From Actinomycetota bacterium (GTDB taxonomy: Bacteria; Actinomycetota; Thermoleophilia; Gaiellales; Gaiellaceae), in NCBI GenBank assembly GCA_005883355.1, contig VAXG01000010.1:13706-77705 (forward strand): a stretch of DNA of 64,000 nucleotides, in the 5' to 3' direction. Below, piece by piece: positions 55,603 to 64,000 of this stretch; position 1 is the stretch's first letter; the number at the start of each line of letters is the position of its first letter. Position numbers and translations under genes: made by a program. The notes below the pieces were generated by a model. It did not search any database and was not told the DNA's origin. It was given only the letters and a program-made list of their open reading frames with translations.

Positions 55603-56297
55603 GTCCGTGGGAGGTAGGGAAAATTCTCCTCCACCAAGTCAAGCGGATACGTCAAATCTCGTGTCTTTCCGATCTCCACGGCGATAACCGTCTCGCCCGC
55701 TCCGATTGCCGACTGGAACGCGTGCTCCAGCTCGTACGGAGGATTGTCGAGGCAGAGACGCTCGGCGACCGCGGGCCCGAGCCCCCAGAGCGGTGCGGCC
55801 GACCACGGATTGTCCGGGTCATCGTCCCGTAAGGCCTCGATTCGCGCCCCGCTGCGGCGGACCGCCTGACGGCCGGGCCCAGGAGGCGGATCGGTCCGAA
55901 CGGCCACGGCCCCGGCTGCGCCGGAGCCGGCGAACTCAGCGGCGAAGCGGGCGATGTCGCCGCGACTGTAGACGGTGTCCGCCGCGGAGACGAGCGCCGG
56001 CACACCCCCGCCTCCGCCCAGGGCTCGGCGCACGGCGTCCGCGGAACCGAGCGCGTCAGGCTGGTGCACGAACGTCACCTCGATCCCGAAAGCCGAGCCG
56101 TCGCCCGCGAGCCCCTCGACCTGGTCGGCCAGATACCCGGTGACGAGCCAGACGCGATCCAGGTCCGCCGCAGCGAGCTCGCGCAGGAGGACGGCGAGCA
56201 CCGGCCTGCCGTCGATCGGCAGCACGGGCTTCGGCCAGTGCTCGGTGAGCGGGAGCAGTCGGGTGCCTTCCCCCGCCGCCATCACGACGGCATCCAC
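55599..56297 (-). CDS. sugar-phosphate nucleotidyltransferase family protein
   Basis: MAAGEGTRLLPLTEHWPKPVLPI (G-x-G-T-R-L signature). 232 aa. Stop overlaps the TPR gene start. Confidence 0.8.
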   Translation of the reverse strand: MDAVVMAAGEGTRLLPLTEHWPKPVLPIDGRPVLAVLLRELAAADLDRVWLVTGYLADQVEGLAGDGSAFGIEVTFVHQPDALGSADAVRRALGGGGGVPALVSAADTVYSRGDIARFAAEFAGSGAAGAVAVRTDPPPGPGRQAVRRSGARIEALRDDDPDNPWSAAPLWGLGPAVAERLCLDNPPYELEHAFQSAIGAGETVIAVEIGKTRDLTYPLDLVEENFPYLPRT

Positions 56298-56300
56298 TGG

Positions 56301-58526
56301 CTAGCCGAGCCCGAGGGAACGGACGGACAAGAGGCCACGCGCGCGGTCGGATTTCGTGAGACTTCGGCGGAGACGACGCTTCAGCTCGTGCAGCTCCTTG
56401 CGCGCAGAACGTGCCGCCTGGCGCGCGCTCTCGGGCGGGCCATAACGCGCGCTGGTCGCTGCCTGCGCGAAGCTCCTTGCATCGACGCCGAGCTGATCGC
56501 TGACGGCGCCGCCCAGCTCCCGGAAAGTCGCGGCCTCCAACGTCGGCACCCGTTGGTCGTGCACGAACTCTGCCAGCTCGCGCGCGCATGCGACGGCAAT
56601 GCGCCGTGGGTCGCGTGTCAGATAGCGAATCTTGCGTCGTGCCGTCTTGAGGAGCACGATGACCGCCGCCACCCCCGCGGCGAGGAGGAAGAGGAAGACC
56701 AGCAGGCTGTGCGTCCGTTTCTTCTGCCCGGCGCTCACACGACTGCCGATGCCGAGGGGAAGGTCTCCCGAGCGAGGGTTCCGGCGCAGCCGGTCGCGCA
56801 GGTTCGTTGCACTGCGGGCGTCGCTGCCGAACACCTCTCCCCCCTTGACGAGCCCGGCCAGCAGCTTTGCAGCGACCGCGGCGTTGAATCCGCGCGACGT
56901 CGAACTGTAGGTGCCAATCAGATGCCCGCGCCCGGGTGTCGGATCGAACGGGAGCCAGCCGAAGCCGTGGAACCAGACTTCGACCCAAGTGTGCGCGTCT
57001 CGGTCGGTGACCTGCCAGAAATCGGCGTGGTAACGCCCCGGGAGGAAGCCGGCCGCCACGCGGGACGGGATCCCGAGGAGCCGCAGCATCACCGCCATCG
57101 CACCGGCGAAGTGCTGGCAGTATCCGCTCTTCGTTCCGACGACGAAGCCGACGAGTGGTGGGAGTCCCGGCGTGGTGCCGGGGTGCTCGGAGTAGGTGAA
57201 ACCTCCGGTCGACCTCAGCCACGTCTCGAGTGCGACCGCCGCCGCATAGGGCGATCTCGTCTCCCCCGCCACACGACGCGTCCGCTCGTAGAGCGTTGCG
57301 TAAGGAAGGAGACGCCCCGTCAGCAATCTGGACAGGCGAGCGTCGCGCCCCGCCGTGGCGAACGACGGGACGGTCACGCCGGGTGCGAGGTCCAGTTCGC
57401 GGCCGGGTCTCGTCAGCGCCCTTGGATACGACGGTGGCACGCGGGCGAGTTGCTCCGGCGTCGGCCGTGGCGAGTAGCTCCAGACGGCGTAATGCTGATC
57501 CCGGTGAAGGCCGCCAATGACGCGGGCGACGCCCTGGCCCTCGTACGCCGCCGCTCTTCCCAGGTCGTTCGTGACCGGGAGGCTAGCCCCGATCACGTGA
57601 TCGTCCCGGAGAGCCACGACGGTGACCTCTTGGCGAAAGAGCCTCGAGCGCTTCGGTGCAGGCTGCAGCTCGCGACGCTCCCGCGCAGACTCGGGCCACA
57701 CGTCCTCCAGCCAGCGCGTGCCGTCGAACCGGTCGAGCACCGTCGCACGCCAGTAGTGCGACCGCTGCGGCGCACGGATCGTGAGCACCGTCGTCCCCTT
57801 CTTCGGGAAGCTCACGCCGTCGTAGTGGGCATCCCAGAGATACCTGACGCTCACAGCTTTTTGTGGGCGCGTATAGAAGTCCCAGTGCTGCCAATCGAGG
57901 AAAGCGCTTTTCGCAACGGCTGGTGAGCTCGAGAGCGCCAGCGCCCCGACGAGGACCGCTCCTGCGGCAATCAACGCCAGCCGGGTCGGGCGTTCGGTCA
58001 TGCCCGCGAGCAGCGCCAGCGTGACCGCGAGGATGGCGACCCCGCGGCCGAGTTCGTTGCCGCCCGCAAGCAGCGTCGCCGGCCAGCCGGCGGCGATGAA
58101 GAAGAGCACCACCGCGAAGAGCGCCCTGCGCGCGGCGACGGCGAGGGCGACGGCAAACGTGAAGCCGAAGATCGCGATCAGGATGACGCCGTGCATCCGA
58201 GGATGCTCGGCCGGGTCGAATGGCAGGCGATAGTCGTAGAAGTCGAGGAAGCCGCGGGAAAATCGCGATCCGAGAGGGCCGAAGAAGCCTTCCCCTCCGG
58301 GGCGGAGCGCGAGCGGCGAGATGGAGAAGGCAACCCAGGCCGCGAGCAGCGCGGACACGGCGAACGCCGCGAGCCGCACCCACAGCGGACGCAGGAGCAA
58401 GGGTGTGATCGCAAGGACGGCGAGCACGATCGAGCGGCCCCCACCAGAGCGTGGCTCCTCGAAGCGAAGCCAGTCGACCGCGATCACGAGCGAGGCCAGG
58501 CCGGAGAGCAGCGCCGTCTTAAGCAT
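56301..58526 (-). CDS. membrane transglutaminase-domain protein (TgpA-like)
   Basis: Multi-TM N-domain. Transglutaminase core Cys (GYCQHFAGAMAVMLR), His (HTWVEVW) and Asp (FDPT). C-terminal TM and helical region. Confidence 0.88.
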   Translation of the reverse strand: MLKTALLSGLASLVIAVDWLRFEEPRSGGGRSIVLAVLAITPLLLRPLWVRLAAFAVSALLAAWVAFSISPLALRPGGEGFFGPLGSRFSRGFLDFYDYRLPFDPAEHPRMHGVILIAIFGFTFAVALAVAARRALFAVVLFFIAAGWPATLLAGGNELGRGVAILAVTLALLAGMTERPTRLALIAAGAVLVGALALSSSPAVAKSAFLDWQHWDFYTRPQKAVSVRYLWDAHYDGVSFPKKGTTVLTIRAPQRSHYWRATVLDRFDGTRWLEDVWPESARERRELQPAPKRSRLFRQEVTVVALRDDHVIGASLPVTNDLGRAAAYEGQGVARVIGGLHRDQHYAVWSYSPRPTPEQLARVPPSYPRALTRPGRELDLAPGVTVPSFATAGRDARLSRLLTGRLLPYATLYERTRRVAGETRSPYAAAVALETWLRSTGGFTYSEHPGTTPGLPPLVGFVVGTKSGYCQHFAGAMAVMLRLLGIPSRVAAGFLPGRYHADFWQVTDRDAHTWVEVWFHGFGWLPFDPTPGRGHLIGTYSSTSRGFNAAVAAKLLAGLVKGGEVFGSDARSATNLRDRLRRNPRSGDLPLGIGSRVSAGQKKRTHSLLVFLFLLAAGVAAVIVLLKTARRKIRYLTRDPRRIAVACARELAEFVHDQRVPTLEAATFRELGGAVSDQLGVDARSFAQAATSARYGPPESARQAARSARKELHELKRRLRRSLTKSDRARGLLSVRSLGLG

Positions 58527-59721
58527 GTGCGCGCGCCCTCGCAGGCTCGCCGGACAGGCAGGCCGCCAGGTCGTCGCCGGCGCGAATCACGGCGACGGGA
58601 ATTCCGGCGGTCTGCAGGCGCAACAACGCGGGCTCAGGGCGGAGCGCCGCACCGTTGAAGCTCGCCGGGTCGACAAAGGCGATCGACACCTTGCGGCGAG
58701 AGAGAGCGCGCTGGACCAGCCGGTCGACGAGCGCGGGCTCGAGCCGGGCCGTCACGACCACCAGTTCGAGCGCCCGCGCAGCGGGACCGTCCTCTTCCGC
58801 AAGCAGCCGCGAGACCGAAGTGTCCCCGGTTGCCTCGACCGCCGCGAGCAGCTCGAGCGCACGACGCCAGTCAGCAGCGGGCGAGTGTACGTGCTGGACC
58901 TCACGCCGCTCGGAGTTGATCACGAGCACTCCTCGACGGCCTCGCCGCACGTACGCGTCGAGGATCGAACCGGCCGCTCGCACCTGCACGTCGAAACTCT
59001 CTCCCACCACTGCCTTGGCGTCGGCGTCGAGCAGGACGGCGATCTCGTCGCGCGGCGAGTCCTCGAGCTCCTTGACCATCAGCTGGCCACGGCGTGCCGT
59101 CGAAGGCCAATGCACGCGGCGCAAGGATTCCCCTTGTTCGTACTCGCGCACGCTGTGAAGCTCGAAGCCGCTGTGGCGGCGCAGGAGCAGGCGCTGGCCG
59201 TCGTGCGAGCGTGCCCCCGACTCGGTGAAGAGCGGTCCCAGGCGCACCAGTCGCGGATAGACGAGCAGCGCGCCGGGTGCGGGCAGGTGGACGATTGCCT
59301 GCTCGAGCCCGAACGGATCCGCGAGCTCGGCGCGCACGTCCTCGAATGCGTAGCGCCCGCGCGGGACCCGCTCCAGGACGTACCGGACGCGGAGCCGGCG
59401 CCCGCTTCGTCTCAGTACGTGCCGCTGCTCCCCGAGGCGGCCGACATGTTCGCGGAGCGTCACCGACGCCGGCAGCACGTTGCCGGTGGGCTGGAGCTCG
59501 GCCGCGACGGACACGTCGTCGCCTTCGACGTGCTCGCGATCGCCCCAACCGTGTCTGACGTGGAACGGGCGGTCCGAGAGCCGCACCCAGATCCAGGCGA
59601 CACCGATGACCAGGAGGAGCCCGGTCGCGACCGGGTAGAGGGGCTTGGAGCCGAAGGCCCAGGCGGCGACGTAGACGCCGAAGCCGAGCACGAAGATCAC
59701 CCGACCGCGCGGCGTGAGCAT
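58519..59721 (-). CDS. DUF58 domain protein (vWA-like partner of MoxR)
   Basis: Two N-terminal TM helices and a DUF58 block (HSVREYEQGESLRRVHWPSTAR). Start set to ATG 59721, just after the MoxR stop. The ORF track offers 59781, which would overlap MoxR by 50 nt. Confidence 0.82.
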   Translation of the reverse strand: MLTPRGRVIFVLGFGVYVAAWAFGSKPLYPVATGLLLVIGVAWIWVRLSDRPFHVRHGWGDREHVEGDDVSVAAELQPTGNVLPASVTLREHVGRLGEQRHVLRRSGRRLRVRYVLERVPRGRYAFEDVRAELADPFGLEQAIVHLPAPGALLVYPRLVRLGPLFTESGARSHDGQRLLLRRHSGFELHSVREYEQGESLRRVHWPSTARRGQLMVKELEDSPRDEIAVLLDADAKAVVGESFDVQVRAAGSILDAYVRRGRRGVLVINSERREVQHVHSPAADWRRALELLAAVEATGDTSVSRLLAEEDGPAARALELVVVTARLEPALVDRLVQRALSRRKVSIAFVDPASFNGAALRPEPALLRLQTAGIPVAVIRAGDDLAACLSGEPARARAHA

Positions 59722-59731
59722 CAGTGAGCCA

Positions 59732-60718
59732 CTAAACCGGGACGGGCGTCTTGTCGAGCGTCTCGCGGACGATCTGCTCACCGGTCAAACCGGTCGACCG
59801 GGCCTCCGGAGCGAGGATCAGCCGGTGTGCGAGCACCGCGGCCGCGACCGCCTTGATGTCGTCGGGCTCGAGGTAGCTGCGGCCGTCGGCGAGTGCGCGC
59901 GCCTTCGCCACTCGGAGGATCGCGATGCCCGCGCGCGGGCTCGCGCCGAGATAGAGGCGCGAGTCGCCCCGGGTTGCCCGGAGCAGGGCCACGACATAGC
60001 GGTTGAGACTCTCCTCGACGAAGACCGCTTTCGCATCGTCGGCCAGCGCGATCGCATCCGCTGCGTTTGCCACGGGCTCGAGCGCGTCGAGTGGCGGGTC
60101 CGCCGTCTGCTCGGTCAGCATCTTCGCCTCCTCCGACAGCGGCGGGTAGCCGATCGCGATCCGCATCGTGAACCGGTCGAGCTGCGCCTCCGGCAACGGA
60201 TACGTCCCCTCGTACTCGATCGGGTTCTGCGTCGCCATGACCATGAACGGCCGGGCGAGCAGGTTCGTGACACCGTCTGTCGTCACCTGCTGCTCCTGCA
60301 TGCACTCGAGCAGAGCCGCCTGAGTCTTCGGTGACGCACGGTTGATCTCGTCGACGAGAAGAAGATTTGCGAACACCGGCCCCGGCCGGAACTCGAACTC
60401 GTTCGAACGCTGATTGAACACATTCACGCCCGTGACGTCCGACGGCAGCAGGTCGGGCGTGAACTGCATGCGCGAGAACGAGACGTCCAGGGAGCGCGCG
60501 AGGGCCTTGGCCAGCATCGTCTTCCCCACGCCGGGAAAGTCCTCGAGGATGAGATGGCCTTCGCTGACGAGGCAGAGCACACAGAGGCTGAGAGTCTCGT
60601 CCGGCGCATGAACGACTCGCGCGAGGTTGTCGACGATCGCGCGGATCGTCTCGGCCGCAGGAATGCTCTCCAGGCGCTGGCTATCGGCCTTGCTCACGCA
60701 ACAGCTCCTCCGCCGCAT
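59732..60718 (-). CDS. MoxR-family AAA+ ATPase
   Basis: Walker A FPGVGKTMLAKA, Walker B LLVDEINR and MATQNPIEYEGTYPLPEAQLDRF. Confidence 0.93.
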   Translation of the reverse strand: MRRRSCCVSKADSQRLESIPAAETIRAIVDNLARVVHAPDETLSLCVLCLVSEGHLILEDFPGVGKTMLAKALARSLDVSFSRMQFTPDLLPSDVTGVNVFNQRSNEFEFRPGPVFANLLLVDEINRASPKTQAALLECMQEQQVTTDGVTNLLARPFMVMATQNPIEYEGTYPLPEAQLDRFTMRIAIGYPPLSEEAKMLTEQTADPPLDALEPVANAADAIALADDAKAVFVEESLNRYVVALLRATRGDSRLYLGASPRAGIAILRVAKARALADGRSYLEPDDIKAVAAAVLAHRLILAPEARSTGLTGEQIVRETLDKTPVPV

Positions 60719-61844
60719 CTACGACCGCCGCCGCGATCTCGTCCTTCGGAGCCTTCGCGACCCGGCGCTCCCCGGCGGCGCTGATCAGCACGACCTCGTT
60801 GTCCCCCGCGTCGAAGCCGATGTCGCTGCGCGAAATGTCGTTGTAGACCATGAGGTCGACCCGCTTTTGCTCCAGTTTCTCGCGCGCGCGCGCGAGACCG
60901 CGATCTCCACGGTCCGCGGCGAAGCCGATCAGCAGCTGACCGTTCGTTCGCCCCTCCCCGAGTGTGCGCAAGACGTCGGCAGTCGGCTCCAGAGTCACCT
61001 GCCACGGCTGGTCGTCCTTGGGGCGCTTGCCCTCGGCCGATTCCGCCGGGCGGTAGTCCGCGACGGCCGCCGCCATCACCACCACATCCGAGTCCCGACG
61101 CGCCAAGGCTTCGTCAAGCATCGCCGCGGCCGTGGGAGTCTCGACCACCTCGACTCCACGTGGCGGCGGGACGGCGAGATTCGCGGCGAGCAACGTGACC
61201 TCCGCGCCGCGTCGCCGCGCTTCCTCTGCGAGGGCGACCCCCATCCGGCCCGAGGAGCGGTTACCGACAAAGCGGACCGCGTCGAGGGGCTCACGGGTGC
61301 CGCCAGCGCTGACGAGCACGCGGCGGCCGGCGAGCGAATCGGTCTCTCCGAGCAGCTCGCGGCTGCGGCGGAAGATCTCCTCGGGCTCCGCCAGCCGGCC
61401 CACACCCCACTCACCTTCGGCTGTTTCCCCTTCTCCGGGGCCGACGAACAGCGCGCCCCGGGCCCGAAGAACCTCGACGTTCGACTGAGTGGCCGGGCTC
61501 GCCCACATCCGCGGATTCATCGCCGGCGCAAGCAGCACAGGGCCGCGGTGCGCGAGGGCGGCCTCGGTGACGAGATTGTCCGCAAGCCCGTGGGCGAGCT
61601 TGGCCAGCGTGTTCGCGGTGAGAGGCGCAACCACGAGCAGGTCGGCCCGCGTCAGGTGCACGTAGAGGTCGTCGTAGGGTGACCGCCGGGCGAGCGCGAA
61701 GAAGGTCTCCGCCCTGACGAAGCGCTCGGCGGCCGGCGTTACCAGGGGGACGACCTCGTGTCCGCCTTTCACGAACAGCCGAACCAGGTCGCACGCCTTG
61801 TAGGCGGCTATTCCACCGGAAATGCCGACGAGCACCCGAGCCAT
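60681..61844 (-). CDS. coaBC: bifunctional phosphopantothenoylcysteine decarboxylase / phosphopantothenate-cysteine ligase
   Basis: Flavoprotein N-domain (GISGGIAAYKA, PAMNPRMW) plus the CoaB C-domain (NRSSGRMG). Confidence 0.93.
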   Translation of the reverse strand: MARVLVGISGGIAAYKACDLVRLFVKGGHEVVPLVTPAAERFVRAETFFALARRSPYDDLYVHLTRADLLVVAPLTANTLAKLAHGLADNLVTEAALAHRGPVLLAPAMNPRMWASPATQSNVEVLRARGALFVGPGEGETAEGEWGVGRLAEPEEIFRRSRELLGETDSLAGRRVLVSAGGTREPLDAVRFVGNRSSGRMGVALAEEARRRGAEVTLLAANLAVPPPRGVEVVETPTAAAMLDEALARRDSDVVVMAAAVADYRPAESAEGKRPKDDQPWQVTLEPTADVLRTLGEGRTNGQLLIGFAADRGDRGLARAREKLEQKRVDLMVYNDISRSDIGFDAGDNEVVLISAAGERRVAKAPKDEIAAAVVDAAEELLREQGR

Positions 61845-61893
61845 GCCGCAATTCTGCCCTTTCGGCAGAAGGCCGACCAGAAGTTGGGAGGCG

Positions 61894-62127
61894 CTACTTC
61901 GGGTACTTGTACTTGAGCTTGCCCTCGGAGACTTCCTCGAGAGCCATGGTCAAGTAGTTCTTCGAGCGCGATTCCACCAGCGGTGGCGGAGCCTGGTCGA
62001 AGCCGATGCCCTCGCCGAGCTGGTGGTGGTAGTCGTTGATCTGGCGAGCCCGCTTGGCCGCGACGATGACGAGCGCATAGCGCGAGTCGACGTTTTCGAG
62101 GAGCTCATCGATGCGAGGATGGATCAT
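61894..62127 (-). CDS. rpoZ: DNA-directed RNA polymerase subunit omega
   Basis: 77 aa. DSRYALVIVAAKRARQI. Confidence 0.9.
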   Translation of the reverse strand: MIHPRIDELLENVDSRYALVIVAAKRARQINDYHHQLGEGIGFDQAPPPLVESRSKNYLTMALEEVSEGKLKYKYPK

Positions 62128-62723
62128 GGGCGGCTCATGGTACCTGCGGTCTGGAGTTCCCGGCGGACGAGCTCCGTCAACTCCTGCGCGGCCCGTTCGA
62201 CGTCGTCGTTGACGATCGCGTGATCAAAACGGGATTTGAGCGTTTGTTGCTTGCGAGCGAGGTCGAGCCGGACCTGGATCTCGCCGGAGCTCTCCGTCGC
62301 CCGCTCGCGCAAACGCCGTTCGAGCTCTGCGAACGTCGGAGCGTCGACGAAGATCGTCACGGATCCGGGGATCGTCTCCTGCACGCGCAGCGCACCGTCC
62401 GTCTCGAGGTCGAGCAGTGGCACCTTGCCGTGCGCCTGGATGCGGTCGATCTCGGATCGCAGCGTGCCGGAGCGTGCTCCCCACGGAAGGTCGACGTATT
62501 CGAGGAACTCCCCGTCCTCGACGAGCCTTTCGAACCGTTCGGGTGTGACGAACCAGTACTCCCGCCCGTTCTCCTCACCCGGCCGTTGCTCGCGAGTCGT
62601 GGCTGACACCGCCAGCTCGACCTCGGGCATCCGCTCGAGCAGGATCTTCTCGAGCGTGCCTTTGCCGGCACCAGACGTGCCGGTGACGACGAGAACCAGC
62701 GGTCTACCGGTGGAAGAGGCCAA
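62124..62723 (-). CDS. gmk: guanylate kinase
   Basis: P-loop GTSGAGKGTL and SATTREQRPGEENGREYWF. Stop overlaps the rpoZ start. Confidence 0.9.
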   Translation of the reverse strand: MASSTGRPLVLVVTGTSGAGKGTLEKILLERMPEVELAVSATTREQRPGEENGREYWFVTPERFERLVEDGEFLEYVDLPWGARSGTLRSEIDRIQAHGKVPLLDLETDGALRVQETIPGSVTIFVDAPTFAELERRLRERATESSGEIQVRLDLARKQQTLKSRFDHAIVNDDVERAAQELTELVRRELQTAGTMSRP

Positions 62724-63033
62724 TCAGCTCGGACCGCTGCCGGTCGGAGAGGCCTCCCACCGTCTTCGACTGACTGATCCGGCACATGTTCAGGAAGCGT
62801 GCCGCCTTCACCCGTCCGAACTTCGGGACCGCCATCAGCATGTCGAACACTTTCGCGGTCGACACGTACTCGGGAGGGTTGCTGAGGATCTGCTCGATCT
62901 GGACGCGTCCATCCTTGAGATCCTTCTTCAGCCTCGCTCGTCTGACACGGATGTCATTCGCCCTCTTCAACGCCTCCATGCGTTGGTCGAGCGAACGAAT
63001 CGGTGCCTCGGCCTGGGTCTTGGGCGACACCAT
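62704..63033 (-). CDS. mihF: integration host factor, actinobacterial type (mIHF)
   Basis: 109 aa. ..VRRARLKKDLK..AKVFDMLMAVPKFGRVKAARFL.. Lies in the typical pyr-mihF-gmk-rpoZ-coaBC order. Confidence 0.88.
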   Translation of the reverse strand: MVSPKTQAEAPIRSLDQRMEALKRANDIRVRRARLKKDLKDGRVQIEQILSNPPEYVSTAKVFDMLMAVPKFGRVKAARFLNMCRISQSKTVGGLSDRQRSELIGLFHR

Positions 63034-63042
63034 GAGCGCGGG

Positions 63043-63070
63043 AGTCTAACAAGCGGCCTGCGACGGTCAA
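63043..63070 (-). promoter_or_regulatory. candidate sigma-70-type promoter for mihF giving a near-leaderless mRNA
   Basis: On the minus strand: TTGACC (63070-63065), a 16-nt spacer, then TAGACT (63048-63043). The -10 box ends 9 nt before ATG 63033. Confidence 0.4.
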
Positions 63071-63108
63071 GCGCCTATGTTTGCGGTTCTGAGCAGGCTT
63101 TTTGAAGC

Positions 63109-64000
63109 CTAGACGCTCGACCTTTCGTCGAGAGTTGCCCCGGCGGACAACGTCTCTTCATGAGCGACTGCATATCCATCTTCGTAAGCGTTCCATCCTC
63201 GCGTGGCCGCGGCGGCGTGCAACTCCGCGCGCACGCGTGCAGGTGCGTCCGGATCTGCGAAGAGCACCGTTCCGAGCGCCACGTGTCGTGCACCAACGGC
63301 GATGAGCTCGAGCGCGTCGAGACCCGTCTGCACGCCGCCCATACCCACGATGGGCATCTGCGTCGCTCGATAGCAGGTCGCGACGGCCGCGAGTGCGATC
63401 GGCTTCAGGGCAGGCCCCGAGAGGCCTCCCTGTCCCGGGCCCAGCACGGGCCGGAGCGTCCTCTCGTCGAGCTTCAGGCCGCGGATCGTGTTCACGAGCG
63501 AAAGACCGTCGGCGCCGGAAGCCTGTGCCGCACGTGCGACCTCGGCGATGCCCGGCACGGCGGGCGAGAGCTTCGCCCATAGCGGCTTTCGCGTCGCGAG
63601 CCGCGACGCACTGACGATCTCCGCTGCGCTGTCGGCCGGCGTCTCGACGTTCGGGCACGAAACGTTCAATTCGATCGCGCTCACCTCCGCGTGATCGTCC
63701 AACCGCGAGCAGATGTCGGCGTAGTCGTCGGTCTCGAATCCGCCGACCGACACCCAGATAGGCACGCCGAGCTCCGCGAGCTGCGGGAGGTTGCGCGTGA
63801 GGAAGCGGTCGATGCCCGGATTCGCGAGCCCGATGGAGTTGAGCATCCCGACGTCGGTCTCGGCGATGCGCACCGGTGCGTTCCCGTCGCGCGGGAGCGG
63901 GGTGACGGTCTTCGTCACGAACGCGTCGAGGCTGCGCGCGACGTCGGGCGCGGTGAGACCGTCGAGACATCCGGAGGCGTTAAGCAGCACGGAGCACCGG
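63109..64000 (-). CDS. pyrD: dihydroorotate dehydrogenase, class 1 catalytic subunit (5' end beyond the window)
   Basis: NASGC, NSIGLANPG, NVSCPN (active-site Cys) and GGLSGPALKP. The reading frame is open to the window edge. Confidence 0.9.
   Translation of the reverse strand, partial: RCSVLLNASGCLDGLTAPDVARSLDAFVTKTVTPLPRDGNAPVRIAETDVGMLNSIGLANPGIDRFLTRNLPQLAELGVPIWVSVGGFETDDYADICSRLDDHAEVSAIELNVSCPNVETPADSAAEIVSASRLATRKPLWAKLSPAVPGIAEVARAAQASGADGLSLVNTIRGLKLDERTLRPVLGPGQGGLSGPALKPIALAAVATCYRATQMPIVGMGGVQTGLDALELIAVGARHVALGTVLFADPDAPARVRAELHAAAATRGWNAYEDGYAVAHEETLSAGATLDERSSV

Noticed and set aside
1-64000. Mobile elements, prophage, toxin-antitoxin or known defence-system genes.
   Set aside because: No transposase, integrase, recombinase, reverse transcriptase, nuclease-NTPase pair or small TA-like gene pair is recognisable in any frame. 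Gene content and synteny are those of a core chromosomal region.

Overview
High-G+C (not computed, roughly two-thirds or more), almost gap-free bacterial chromosomal segment. I call about 63 protein genes, all but 8 on the minus strand. Many are joined by 4-nt stop/start overlaps (GTGA, ATGA, TTGA). Content is mainly housekeeping:
- Diaminopimelate/lysine genes: dapC-like, dapD, dapF, dapA, dapB.
- tRNA modification: miaA, miaB, truB.
- RNA turnover: rny, rnj, pnp, nrnA.
- Recombination and division: cinA-thpR-recA-recX, ftsK.
- rimP-nusA-ylxR-infB-DUF503 and rbfA-nrnA-truB-ribF clusters.
- rpsO-pnp, and coaBC-rpoZ-gmk-mihF-pyrD.
- A BMP-family ABC importer and an ABC-2 exporter.
- A MoxR-DUF58-transglutaminase module.
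- Sugar and nucleoside salvage genes.

mIHF, RecX and the overall synteny, combined with RNase Y, suggest a deep-branching Actinomycetota-like lineage; this is inference only. I saw no rRNA, tRNA, CRISPR array, transposase, integrase or phage genes, and no recognisable defence system.

The most unusual observations are:
1. A 468-bp imperfect palindrome fills the ftsK upstream gap. It consists of two inverted ~235-nt units that share a series of local hairpins, some kept by compensatory changes.
2. The syntenic DapF homolog has Ser at both catalytic Cys positions.
3. A multi-hairpin leader with terminator/antiterminator-like alternatives lies upstream of an HD-GYP gene.
4. The BMP-type ABC operon has three permease genes, and one appears to need a CTG start.
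5. Intrinsic-terminator and alternative-hairpin elements lie in the rimP-nusA and rpsO-pnp leaders.
6. NusA carries a Cys/His motif and an acidic tail at its C-terminus.

All functional calls rest on motif and family recognition by eye; no database search was run.
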